A stretch of 40,869 nucleotides of DNA from a virus, in the IMG/VR virus record IMGVR_UViG_3300045988_007604, positions 1 through 40,869 of that record, one strand, 5' to 3'. Every line of letters starts with the position of its first letter. Position 1 is the stretch's first letter. Below, in pieces: positions 17,018 through 24,604 of this stretch. The translations under genes were made by a program, and so were the position numbers. Under the pieces are notes generated by a model. The model made no database searches and had not been told where the DNA came from. It saw only the letters and a list, made by a program, of their open reading frames with translations.

Positions 17018-17455
17018 TCAGCTTTCAGTCTGCCCATACAGGCACAGCGTGAAATGTCGTAGTGCTGAATCCCGGCGGCGGTAAACCTGAGCTTTTTCAA
17101 CTCCAAGTTCTTCACACAGGGCATCGACGTTGCCTCTAGCCGGGCATATGTAGAATCTGCTCAGTATCTTCTTTTCATCGACGCTAAGCGATTCAAGCCC
17201 GGAATCCACAAGCGACACCCATTTTCTCGCCTGTTCCAGTGAACGCGCCAGTTCCTCGCGGTGAACGATATTCGACAGCATCATATCTTCCCGGCCGGAG
17301 CCACCGCCGCTTACCGGCATACCGTCAGCCGTGGCGCTTCGGATACTCTGCATAGCGGATTCCAGCCGTGCCATTTCTTCGGGAATGCTTTTCAGGGACT
17401 GTTTCTTTGCACTGTACTCCTTTAGCTTTTCAATGGCCTCATACTTCCAGTTCAT
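17018..17455 (-). CDS. Late-gene transcriptional regulator, sigma-70 region-4-like (RinA/ArpU/DUF1492-type)
   Basis: 145 aa from ATG 17455 (MNWKYEAIEKLKEY, RBS AGGAGGAACGGA). C-terminal HTH LSVDEKKILSRFYI...LCEELGVEKAQVYRRRDSALRHF. Last gene before the packaging module. Confidence 0.7.
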   Translation of the reverse strand: MNWKYEAIEKLKEYSAKKQSLKSIPEEMARLESAMQSIRSATADGMPVSGGGSGREDMMLSNIVHREELARSLEQARKWVSLVDSGLESLSVDEKKILSRFYICPARGNVDALCEELGVEKAQVYRRRDSALRHFTLCLYGQTES

Positions 17456-17485
17456 TCCGTTCCTCCTTGCATATCTTATTAAATC

Positions 17486-17549
17486 CCCTGTATAGATATA
17501 CGCAATACACACAAGATATAAAAATATATTTAATATATACTATACAGGG
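17486..17549. repeat. 10-bp perfect inverted repeat (CCCTGTATAG / CTATACAGGG) bracketing a 44-bp AT-rich spacer upstream of the late regulator gene
   Basis: Arms at 17486..17495 and 17540..17549. The spacer is almost pure A/T plus CA repeats (atatacgcaatacacacaagatataaaaatatatttaatatata). Confidence 0.7.
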
Positions 17550-17555
17550 ATAAAG

Positions 17556-17756
17556 CTATAATATTAGATCCCGTCTCCTGTTTTTCGTTTTCTCCCTCCT
17601 TTCTGTACAATCCTTCCCAGGCGGGCACGGCCGCTTTTCCCCGCGGACGAATATGTAATTGCAGCATCTGCCGCCATCGTGGTACCCGAAGAAATACCGA
17701 CACCCGACGCAATACCGACACCCGACGCAATACTTCCTGCCGTCCTTGTACTCCAC
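17556..17756 (-). CDS. Small Cys-rich hypothetical protein
   Basis: 66 aa with 9 Cys, including the duplicated CVGCRY hexapeptide encoded by an 18-bp tandem repeat. Basic C-terminus. Confidence 0.55.
   Translation of the reverse strand: MEYKDGRKYCVGCRYCVGCRYFFGYHDGGRCCNYIFVRGEKRPCPPGKDCTERREKTKNRRRDLIL
17693..17733. repeat. 18-bp tandem repeat, 2.3 copies (aataccgacacccgacgc)
   Basis: 17693..17710 and 17711..17728 are identical, followed by a partial third copy aatac. In-frame within the Cys-rich ORF. Confidence 0.9.
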
Positions 17757-17773
17757 ATTACCGCCCCATTTCC

Positions 17774-18067
17774 TTATCCCGCGTCAGTCGCCGCTTTCTT
17801 GTCCCGATATCTCCTTTTAGCGGCTCTCTGGGCGTGGGCTTTCTGGCACTCCAAACTGCAATAGATTTTCTGCTTGATCTTGCCCTGCGTGAATTCCTTC
17901 CCGCACTGTGGGCAGATTTTAGAAATGCCCTGCGGGTCTTCCACGTCCTCCACATCGGCCTGAATCGGCGGGTGGTATCCGTGCATTGCCATGTACTTGC
18001 CATAGCTCGTCCCGGCCTTCTGGGCGGCTATGGAGCACAGGGTAAGATAGTCAGGTTTTTTGCTCAT
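17774..18067 (-). CDS. Small zinc-ribbon protein, basic C-terminus
   Basis: 97 aa. CPQCG...CSLEC motif followed by KAHAQRAAKRRYRDKK. Confidence 0.6.
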   Translation of the reverse strand: MSKKPDYLTLCSIAAQKAGTSYGKYMAMHGYHPPIQADVEDVEDPQGISKICPQCGKEFTQGKIKQKIYCSLECQKAHAQRAAKRRYRDKKAATDAG

Positions 18068-18163
18068 GATTCCCTCCGATTACAAATTCTTACAATATCG
18101 GCAATGTAGTTTGCCTCGTTCCGAGAAAGCAGAAGCTTGCCCATCAGAAGTTTAATAAAGCGC

Positions 18164-18517
18164 TTACGTGTCATTCCCCGCTATCCTTTCTCCGTAGCTG
18201 CAAAAATCGCCAGCTTTTACATACGGTAGCCCCCCGGCAAAATCACATCCACATTCGTATTCATCCGGTTTGTAATACTTGCAATCTTTGCACCGGACTA
18301 CGGGCACCATGGATTTCATTTTTTCTTTCGCTTCCAGCAGTTGGGCGTTGCACAAAATCAGCTGCTTCTGCACACACGTAAACTCTGCGAGTGGCACAGC
18401 TCGCACGGTGGGCATGCTATCGACCGAGCAAAGCGCCACATCCTCATTAAAATTAGGTACAACGCCAGAATTTTTTATAATCTCAGTTGTAAGTAAATCA
18501 GCGTCAATCAGCCTCAT
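18164..18517 (-). CDS. Hypothetical early/middle protein with C-terminal Cys cluster
   Basis: 117 aa. MRLIDADLL... N-terminus and VVRCKDCKYYKPDEYECGC C-terminus, a recurrent pattern in Firmicutes phage small proteins. Confidence 0.6.
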   Translation of the reverse strand: MRLIDADLLTTEIIKNSGVVPNFNEDVALCSVDSMPTVRAVPLAEFTCVQKQLILCNAQLLEAKEKMKSMVPVVRCKDCKYYKPDEYECGCDFAGGLPYVKAGDFCSYGERIAGNDT

Positions 18518-18668
18518 AAAAATCCTCCTTTCTCGGCATCTCTTTCAGCCACCGTCTGACGGTAAAGAACCGAATGCGTGACGGCTGATTCTTCGCCCAC
18601 CGCTCAATAGCGGCGGCGTAAGCAATTCTAGCGTTAAGGCGCTGACGGTGTTCTTGTCTTTCACTCAT
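18504..18668 (-). CDS. Small hypothetical protein (54 aa)
   Basis: ATG 18668 after AAAGGGGG. Hand translation MSERQEHRQRLNARIAYAAAIERWAKNQPSRIRFFTVRRWLKEMPRKEDFYEAD. The stop overlaps the next gene start. Confidence 0.45.
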   Translation of the reverse strand: MSERQEHRQRLNARIAYAAAIERWAKNQPSRIRFFTVRRWLKEMPRKEDFYEAD

Positions 18669-18683
18669 TCCGATTTACCCCCT

Positions 18684-18884
18684 TTAGCCCCGCTGATAGG
18701 CTACAATGCCTTTGATCTTGTCGTAGCTTTCATCTATTGTTATAAAATCCTGTGATGTATCATCAGGGCTGGTAAACGCAAAATAAATCTGCGTCCCGTT
18801 CTCCGTTGGCCATATATCCTCCACCCAGTCCAGATTAACCAGCCGGGGCTCGCCCTGCAGATGCACCTCGATAAAATCAGCCAT
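18684..18884 (-). CDS. Hypothetical protein (66 aa)
   Basis: ATG 18884 (MADFIEVHLQGEPRLVNLDWVEDIW), RBS GGAAGGAGG. The ORF-track upstream extension was trimmed. Confidence 0.55.
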   Translation of the reverse strand: MADFIEVHLQGEPRLVNLDWVEDIWPTENGTQIYFAFTSPDDTSQDFITIDESYDKIKGIVAYQRG

Positions 18885-19104
18885 TCTCTGCGCCTCCTTC
18901 CTTCGGCGGCGATGGGAGTAGGTGCATTCCCATTGGTGAAAGCCCTGTATCCTCATACTGTGCAAGGCGAGTATAGAGTTCTGGCACTATGCAGCCATTT
19001 CGACACCCCCCCGGCTTATTGCTGGGGCGCATGCAGTAGTTAGCCTGCCCGCAGCATTCCCACGGATCAAGATTTTGCCAGTGTTCAACCGTCAATCGTT
19101 TCAT
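18877..19104 (-). CDS. Cys-rich hypothetical protein (75 aa)
   Basis: ATG 19104 (MKRLTVEHWQNLDPWECCGQANYC...GCIVPELYTRLAQYEDTGLSP), RBS GGAGGAGGAAAA. Confidence 0.55.
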   Translation of the reverse strand: MKRLTVEHWQNLDPWECCGQANYCMRPSNKPGGCRNGCIVPELYTRLAQYEDTGLSPMGMHLLPSPPKEGGAENG

Positions 19105-19711
19105 CGTTTTCCTCCTCCGGCAATTCTGGAAGCGGCTGCCAGTGGGTGATTTCAACATCGTCATCCACCTGATCCGTTTCGTTCGCGCCGCACTCTACAA
19201 GCAAATCTTCGCAAACACACGACCACCAATACCAAGCCTCCCTGTAATAGACAGCAGTCGCTTTTTGCGGAACGTCCTTCATGTACCGGTAGTACGGCGC
19301 TGGGTTGTGATTTACCCACACCACATTTACAGGCTCAAGTTCTTCCGGCAACCGAACAGACGCAGGAATCCATGGGGTGAACTTCTTACAATAGGGGTAG
19401 CCGACGATCTCACCACAATCCTTGTTCCCGTAGACAATATTTCCGTCTATATTGTGGTCAAAATGACCGCACATGGTACAAATGAACATTTCGGCATCCT
19501 GCCACTTCTTCCGAAGCTGGACGACGGCTTTCTCGCGCTCCTGGGCCTCGTATTCAAGATCCCTGATTTTATTCTGCTCGCTGCACGGAATCCACCTTGT
19601 CCGCTCCAACGCCTCCATGCCCATCCGGCAGGCTTCGTTCACCTCGTCCATGCCGTCATAATGCTCCCGGTGTTCCGGGTTCAGAATTTCAATTGCTCGG
19701 TCAATTGTCAT
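19085..19711 (-). CDS. Hypothetical protein with DUF551-like C-terminus
   Basis: 208 aa from ATG 19711 (MTIDRAIEILNPEHREHYDG, RBS GGAGGATAAGGA). The C-terminal WIPASVRLPEE...ITHWQPLPELPE matches the DUF551 pattern. Confidence 0.6.
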   Translation of the reverse strand: MTIDRAIEILNPEHREHYDGMDEVNEACRMGMEALERTRWIPCSEQNKIRDLEYEAQEREKAVVQLRKKWQDAEMFICTMCGHFDHNIDGNIVYGNKDCGEIVGYPYCKKFTPWIPASVRLPEELEPVNVVWVNHNPAPYYRYMKDVPQKATAVYYREAWYWWSCVCEDLLVECGANETDQVDDDVEITHWQPLPELPEEENDETIDG

Positions 19712-19970
19712 TGTCCTTATCCTCCTTATCCTCCAAGAGGCACTGAACAGCAAGCTTGTTCAAAACGTGTGTAAAATCAATAATATCCCAATCATTTCCG
19801 GTAATTTTCTTCGCAAATTCATACATTGCAAACAACATTGCAGTTAAATCATCTGTGAAATCGCCGCACAAATCCATTTTAGGAAACGAGTATAGCTTGC
19901 GTTTTTCCTCCTCTCGGTAAACATCCTTTATTGCAGCTGTGAAAATTGATATTTTTGTGTTCATGTCCAT
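19701..19970 (-). CDS. Hypothetical protein (89 aa)
   Basis: ATG 19970 (MDMNTKISIFT), RBS GGAGGAATAATT. Confidence 0.55.
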   Translation of the reverse strand: MDMNTKISIFTAAIKDVYREEEKRKLYSFPKMDLCGDFTDDLTAMLFAMYEFAKKITGNDWDIIDFTHVLNKLAVQCLLEDKEDKDNDN

Positions 19971-19972
19971 AA

Positions 19973-20383
19973 TTATTCCTCCAAATCCATTTTTGCGCCG
20001 CAATGGCAATATGGGTATAGACGGCGAACAACTCCGTATTCACCGGCTTCAAGCAATATACCTATGGCGTCAGTATCAACCTTACGCCCACACACCGAGC
20101 ATACCAGACATAAAGCCGATCTGCGCGGGCGCCGGATATTCCAGTTACCATGCCGCACCGGCTCCACGTCGGCGGCTGGAGAATCCACCTCAAATTCTTC
20201 GGACAGCCATTTCCGGACAAATGACAAGTTGGCTGAGCCGAGCCCAACGTGCATCTCTCCGTCTTGCCACCACATGATGTTGTAATAAGTCTTTTCTGGG
20301 TTGTTATTCACAATGATTCTCGCGAACGAGGTTTTAATCTTTTCTCGCTTCGCAGCCGCCTCCCGGCTGATATAATCACTCAT
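19973..20383 (-). CDS. Hypothetical protein (136 aa) with C-terminal Cys pairs
   Basis: ATG 20383 (MSDYISREAAAKREKIK), RBS GGAGGAATTGAA, ATGA overlap with the ASCH gene stop. CxxC...CxC near the C-terminus. Confidence 0.6.
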   Translation of the reverse strand: MSDYISREAAAKREKIKTSFARIIVNNNPEKTYYNIMWWQDGEMHVGLGSANLSFVRKWLSEEFEVDSPAADVEPVRHGNWNIRRPRRSALCLVCSVCGRKVDTDAIGILLEAGEYGVVRRLYPYCHCGAKMDLEE

Positions 20384-20883
20384 TTCAATTCCTCCACGTA
20401 GCACCAACTCTGGGGCGGGCGTTTGATATGACCGCCATATTCGCAATATGCACATCCATATTCATCACACACTTTGCCTATGCAGATTTCAAACGGGCGT
20501 GAAAACTCGCTCAGCTTCTTCGGCGTATCGTAGATTTCCAGGTTGGAAATGTGCCAGCCGTACAGTGTTGCACCTTTTCCGTAGTCCCACAAAGCACCGT
20601 CCACAAGCATAGTCTGCGCCACAAAGTCATCGTCCACATCGTAGATTCCATACGGTTCTGTTGCCGCCTTGATGGTTTCAACCCGGTCGCAAATAAACTC
20701 CCCAATGACCTTGCCCCATGAGCCGCGCAGTCTGCGTGCGTCGTTGCCTTGCGTGCAGTAGATGTAGCATTTGAACGGCGTGTCCAGCTTTGGCCTGGTT
20801 TTTCGCACCTCAACGGTCTTTTCACCTCTGGCGATCTTCTCCACCCACTCCGGGCGGATGCTGATAAGTACCGCGTTAGCCAT
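20380..20883 (-). CDS. ASCH-domain protein
   Basis: 167 aa from ATG 20883 (RBS GGAGGGCTGAAC). The N-terminal AVLISIRPEWVEKIARGEKTVEVRKTRP is the typical ASCH opening motif. Cys-rich C-terminal tail. Confidence 0.7.
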   Translation of the reverse strand: MANAVLISIRPEWVEKIARGEKTVEVRKTRPKLDTPFKCYIYCTQGNDARRLRGSWGKVIGEFICDRVETIKAATEPYGIYDVDDDFVAQTMLVDGALWDYGKGATLYGWHISNLEIYDTPKKLSEFSRPFEICIGKVCDEYGCAYCEYGGHIKRPPQSWCYVEELK

Positions 20884-21079
20884 GTTCAGCCCTCCGGTTC
20901 CACGCTTCAATTGCTTCTTGTTCTTTCGCGTAATGGCCAGTAGAAGCACCACATCCACCAATGTTTGCACTACAGATCACATCATAATCCCGAAAGTTGT
21001 ATTCTTTGATGGTCACTCCATGCAGTTCAGGGTTGATGAACCCGCAAAAAGGGCAGGGCTTCAATTTGATTTCGTCCAT
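20876..21079 (-). CDS. lar: Lar-family restriction alleviation protein
   Basis: 67 aa. LKPCPFCG...VICS..GGCGA...EQEAIEAWNRRA matches the Lar family signature (PCPFCG zinc ribbon plus AI.AWNRR). Confidence 0.75.
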   Translation of the reverse strand: MDEIKLKPCPFCGFINPELHGVTIKEYNFRDYDVICSANIGGCGASTGHYAKEQEAIEAWNRRAEHG

Positions 21080-21081
21080 GT

Positions 21082-21768
21082 TTATCCCTCCATTTTTCCC
21101 CGCAGGGAATCCTTGATGTAGTAATCAAGCCCAAGCCTCTGGCAGAGCTGTTCCACATCCTGCCCGAACTGCTTCCAGTCGATATTGCTCGGATGGTAGT
21201 TCAGTTTCCCGATTTTTACCTTGTCGATAATATCGTAGCATTCCGAAAGCATCTCCATGACTCCGTGAGGATTCAGCACCGGCTCACAGGATACCCATGT
21301 GCTGATACCGCACTGCTTCGCGGAGTACAGGTCGATCAGCCGGTCAGAGGGGGCATAGGTGCCAATATTGGAGCCGTCATAGGTGATTCCGTACCAGTCG
21401 TTTTTGTCAAGCAAGTCAAAATCTCTGCTACCATCGCCCTTGGTAAGAATCTGAACATGGTTCCCGCTCTCTTTGATGGTTTCGATAACCGCCCTGGTGG
21501 TGGAAGTATCGTAGCCCGTGGGGTACGGGTCGCATGTGAAGCAAAGGTGTATAAGCTGCCCCTTGACCTGCTCTTTCTCCAACTGCTGTTCCAGCGCCTC
21601 CACCAGCCCCGGGCGGGGTGTAACATTGGCGTGAAATGCTTCCCGGTCACGGTGCAGCACATTCGGCGCAAAACAGTAGTAGCACCTGTGGGGGCAGCCG
21701 ATGTAAATATTGACGGCGTAATCGCCGTATTCCTTGGCTTTTCCTTTCGGAATATACAAAGGTTTCAT
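21082..21768 (-). CDS. Small radical-SAM protein (CxxxCxxC; SplB/COG1533-like opening motif)
   Basis: 228 aa. NIYIGCPHRCYYCFAP gives Cys25-x3-Cys29-x2-Cys32. A downstream CFTCDPYP resembles the tDPYqp motif of the DNA-photolyase-like radical-SAM group. RBS GGAGAG. Confidence 0.7.
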   Translation of the reverse strand: MKPLYIPKGKAKEYGDYAVNIYIGCPHRCYYCFAPNVLHRDREAFHANVTPRPGLVEALEQQLEKEQVKGQLIHLCFTCDPYPTGYDTSTTRAVIETIKESGNHVQILTKGDGSRDFDLLDKNDWYGITYDGSNIGTYAPSDRLIDLYSAKQCGISTWVSCEPVLNPHGVMEMLSECYDIIDKVKIGKLNYHPSNIDWKQFGQDVEQLCQRLGLDYYIKDSLRGKMEG

Positions 21769-21811
21769 GTTTTTACTCTCCTTCCCGCCCGGGTTGCCCC
21801 GGGCTTATCTG

Positions 21812-22246
21812 CTATCTAAAAATCACTACCATAGACGGAAACGGTGCTGGGTTCATTGCCACCCCGTTTTCATCTTCAAATTTTAACCGTCCACGCAGAA
21901 ACCGAATTTCCGCTTTTCCGTATATGTAATCGTGGAAATAGCTTGTGTCCGTCCGTGCCGGAATCAACATGACGATTGTCACACCCCCACGGACATGTTC
22001 AGAATATGCCTTTTGAACCCATTTCCCGATCTCCCTGCCATAGGGTGGGTTGCAAAACACAGCCCCATACCCGCTCCACGAACAGGATAACCCATCCATT
22101 TCTGGCGTAAAATATCGTTCACACTTGGCGTTTTCAGGGGAAGCGGCGGCATCTAAGCCGAAGTGAAATTCTTGATCCAACTTCTGAAAGAAGTCTTTCG
22201 GCGTTCGCCAGTCCATTTTCAAGCTGGATAATAACGCTTTGTTCAT
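21812..22246 (-). CDS. dam: Phage DNA N6-adenine methyltransferase (Dam family)
   Basis: 144 aa from ATG 22246 (MNKALLSSLKMDWRTPKDFF). Catalytic FCNPPYG motif, then LIPARTDTSYF. The ORF-track extension was trimmed. Confidence 0.8.
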   Translation of the reverse strand: MNKALLSSLKMDWRTPKDFFQKLDQEFHFGLDAAASPENAKCERYFTPEMDGLSCSWSGYGAVFCNPPYGREIGKWVQKAYSEHVRGGVTIVMLIPARTDTSYFHDYIYGKAEIRFLRGRLKFEDENGVAMNPAPFPSMVVIFR

Positions 22247-22292
22247 CCCATCACCCCCACGGTTTGCGATTCCTCGCAGGCTATCAGAACTT

Positions 22293-22691
22293 TCATTTCT
22301 CCCCCTCGCTTTCTGCCGGGGCTTTGAGCCATGCCAACCTGCATTCCTCGCACCCCGGCATATTCTCGCAGATATCTTTACACCCCTCGCAAATAAACGT
22401 TCCGGTGCTGAGTAACTTCGCCAGCTCCGCATCCGTCATGTTCCGGATTCTGTCACCGTTTGTTTTCGGCTTCACTTTTCGCTGAGATTCAAGCTTCCGC
22501 TTTGCTTCAAGCGCATCCTGAAAGCAATTGGCCGCATCGTGGAGACCGGCAGCCCATACCTGGTGCATCATTTCCATTTCCCATGCCCTTGGGTTTTTGC
22601 AGCACCCATTTTCTCCATGCTTGTGGTTTACTGGGTTTGGCGTAAGCTGTTCTACAACGTTGCTCATTTCCCATTCCCTTTCTGTTTGCAT
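22293..22691 (-). CDS. Hypothetical Cys-rich protein (132 aa)
   Basis: C-terminal MTDAELAKLLSTGTFICEGCKDICENMPGCEECRLAWL, a recurrent phage small-protein pattern. Confidence 0.55.
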   Translation of the reverse strand: MQTEREWEMSNVVEQLTPNPVNHKHGENGCCKNPRAWEMEMMHQVWAAGLHDAANCFQDALEAKRKLESQRKVKPKTNGDRIRNMTDAELAKLLSTGTFICEGCKDICENMPGCEECRLAWLKAPAESEGEK

Positions 22692-23006
22692 TTATTCCCC
22701 CGAGGGACTTTCCCCCACCGGGGCGGGGTGCTTTTCTGCTTTACTGGCTTGGAACAGCCGTACATTTTCGCCTTGCTCATGCTCAAAAACAATCCCCTCT
22801 CTCTCCAAATCCGGGTGTTCGTACCGGAAAAATTGGCGTTGTTTTTTTTGGTTTCCAATTGATTTCATGATGTTTTTGTTCCAGTTATCGATGAAATACG
22901 TTTCCCATGCCTTGCATCCGGCCCCGTTGGTGGGGCAATCGTCCCGCGTGCAGTTTCTGCAAAAGGGGCTTTCCGAATCGATGTACTGGCCGGGTTTTTC
23001 TCTCAT
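22692..23006 (-). CDS. Hypothetical Cys-rich protein (104 aa)
   Basis: ATG 23006 overlaps the replisome organizer stop (ATGA). Contains CRNCTRDDCPTNGAGC. Confidence 0.55.
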   Translation of the reverse strand: MREKPGQYIDSESPFCRNCTRDDCPTNGAGCKAWETYFIDNWNKNIMKSIGNQKKQRQFFRYEHPDLEREGIVFEHEQGENVRLFQASKAEKHPAPVGESPSGE

Positions 23007-23893
23007 AATGCGTCCCTTCTTTCATCTGCGCCCGCCGCCAGAACCTGCCGTATGGCTTCCATCTCAGCGTCCCCCAGCTCGCCGGACGCGCCCTTAGGAA
23101 TATCAGGCTTCCCATAGCGCCTAACCGGTGGTGCCGACCCAGCACCGCCCCTGTCCTGCTCTTTGGCAAGCCAGCCGTTGATAAATCGCTGTACCCCGCC
23201 CTTGGTTTTCCGCTTGGATGGGTTTGCGTCACACCACCCGGCCATTTTCCGAAGCTCTGCCAGGATATCAACGGCGGGGTAGAGTTCTGCCCATTTGTCC
23301 ACGTCAGCCTGAAAAACAGGGTAAAGGGATTTATCATTCAGCATGATCTGGCACACCGGCGGCGTGGAGGCGGGTTCCGGCTCCGCGCCTATACTCTCCT
23401 TTACTCTACTTTTCTCTACTCTACTCTCCTCTACTCTACTATGTCTTTGGATGTCAGCATTTTTTGATAAAATGTTGACATTTCTGCTTGAAATGTTTAC
23501 ATTGGGGCAAATTTTGGCGCACTCGACCAGAAGGATGTTGTAATCGACTTCAAGACTTTTACGGCGGCTGACTGCCTCGAAGTACCGCTTCTGAATTCCA
23601 CGTGAAGTCAGAACGTGATACTTGTCATATATCTCTTTGTCGAACATCCCTCGTCTGATAGAAGCCTCTATTATTTCGGAAACGACGCTCCCACCCAGCC
23701 CGCAACTTCGGGCGAACAAAAGCGCAACCTCCTCTGTCCATTCAATGTAATAACCCTCCTTGCCGTATATCTCTTGCAGCAAGTGAACGATTACACCAAA
23801 TCCTGTCAAGCCATATTCTGCTTCTATCAGTTCAAATTTCTTGTCCAAGCAAACATCAAGCGGAAAGAAATCAAGTCCGCTTTTGATTGCCAT
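23003..23893 (-). CDS. Replisome organizer / DnaD-like replication protein (Lin1244/DUF4373-type N-terminus)
   Basis: 296 aa. The N-terminal GLDFFPLDVCLDKKFELIEAEYGLTGFGVIVHLLQEIY is typical of this family. The central SRVEESRVEKSRVKES is encoded by phased hexamer repeats. Confidence 0.75.
   Translation of the reverse strand: MAIKSGLDFFPLDVCLDKKFELIEAEYGLTGFGVIVHLLQEIYGKEGYYIEWTEEVALLFARSCGLGGSVVSEIIEASIRRGMFDKEIYDKYHVLTSRGIQKRYFEAVSRRKSLEVDYNILLVECAKICPNVNISSRNVNILSKNADIQRHSRVEESRVEKSRVKESIGAEPEPASTPPVCQIMLNDKSLYPVFQADVDKWAELYPAVDILAELRKMAGWCDANPSKRKTKGGVQRFINGWLAKEQDRGGAGSAPPVRRYGKPDIPKGASGELGDAEMEAIRQVLAAGADERRDAL
23392..23442. repeat. Phased TACTCT iteron-like repeats inside the replisome organizer gene (putative origin)
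   Basis: TACTCT at 23392, 23402, 23417, 23422 and 23432, plus degenerate TACTTT at 23407 and TACTAT at 23437. All offsets are multiples of 5. An AT-rich tract with short palindromes follows at 23450..23530. Confidence 0.65.
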
Positions 23894-23896
23894 GTG

Positions 23897-24121
23897 CTAC
23901 CTCACTCCGGTTGTGTGTTCCAGCGAATACCGCGCGAAGCACGTCCGCTCCCCGTACCGGTTCTTTCCGGTGACGGTTTCGCTCTTGATGGGTACTCCCT
24001 GGGCTTTCAAATCCCAGATTCTTGCACCCAGGCGGTAACAGCCGTACTCAGTAACAGCCTCGGCCTGGGTGATACTTCCATAATCCTGCAAATGCCGCAG
24101 GATACGCTCACACTGTGTCAC
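23897..24121 (-). CDS. Winged-helix DNA-binding protein
   Basis: 74 aa. CERILRHLQDYGSITQAEAVTEYGCYRLGARIWDLKAQG is the recurrent phage wHTH small-protein pattern. Confidence 0.6.
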   Translation of the reverse strand: MTQCERILRHLQDYGSITQAEAVTEYGCYRLGARIWDLKAQGVPIKSETVTGKNRYGERTCFARYSLEHTTGVR

Positions 24122-24504
24122 GGCCTTACCTCCCGTATTTCAATCTGTATGTAATCCTCATCATGAAAATTGTGGGAAACGCTTTTCAGCCAGCGCCGGT
24201 TATCGTCCTCGATGACACGACCTTTCATTGCGTCCACGATCATCTTTCCCATGATCGCGTGATTATCGATATCCAGCCTATCATTCCAGTAGAATGTAAC
24301 GGCTACAGGCAGCTTAAAGGGTGTTCTGCGAATGTCCTGGGCGTTCATTGCCGCCAATGTAAGCCAGTGCCATAACTCAGCGTCTTTCTTCCGCAATGCC
24401 CAGTGCTTCCCGGCGTAGTACGCATTCATGCCGTACTCCTTCGCCCACTTCTTCTTTTCCGCGCCGGTCTTCGGGTAGGCGATTCTGAAAACTTCTTTTG
24501 CCAC
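24118..24504 (-). CDS. rusA: RusA-family Holliday junction resolvase
   Basis: 128 aa from GTG 24504 (RBS AAAAGGAGGAGAATC). LDIDNHAIMGKMIVDAMKGRVIEDDNRRW matches the RusA D.DN...DD signature. Confidence 0.7.
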   Translation of the reverse strand: MAKEVFRIAYPKTGAEKKKWAKEYGMNAYYAGKHWALRKKDAELWHWLTLAAMNAQDIRRTPFKLPVAVTFYWNDRLDIDNHAIMGKMIVDAMKGRVIEDDNRRWLKSVSHNFHDEDYIQIEIREVRP

Positions 24505-24569
24505 GATTCTCCTCCTTTTGGGGGTTAGCGGTTTAACCTCACACCGCCAAGGGAAATGCAAACTATACT

Positions 24570-24595
24570 ATCAATCTTTTTGAGAAAAGATTGAT
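24570..24595. repeat. Perfect 11-bp inverted repeat hairpin (ATCAATCTTTT-TGAG-AAAAGATTGAT) between ssb and rusA
   Basis: Read directly. There is no clear U-tract on the minus strand, so it is an attenuator, processing site or protein-binding site rather than a classic terminator. Confidence 0.6.
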
Positions 24596-24604
24596 TTTCC
24601 CGGC

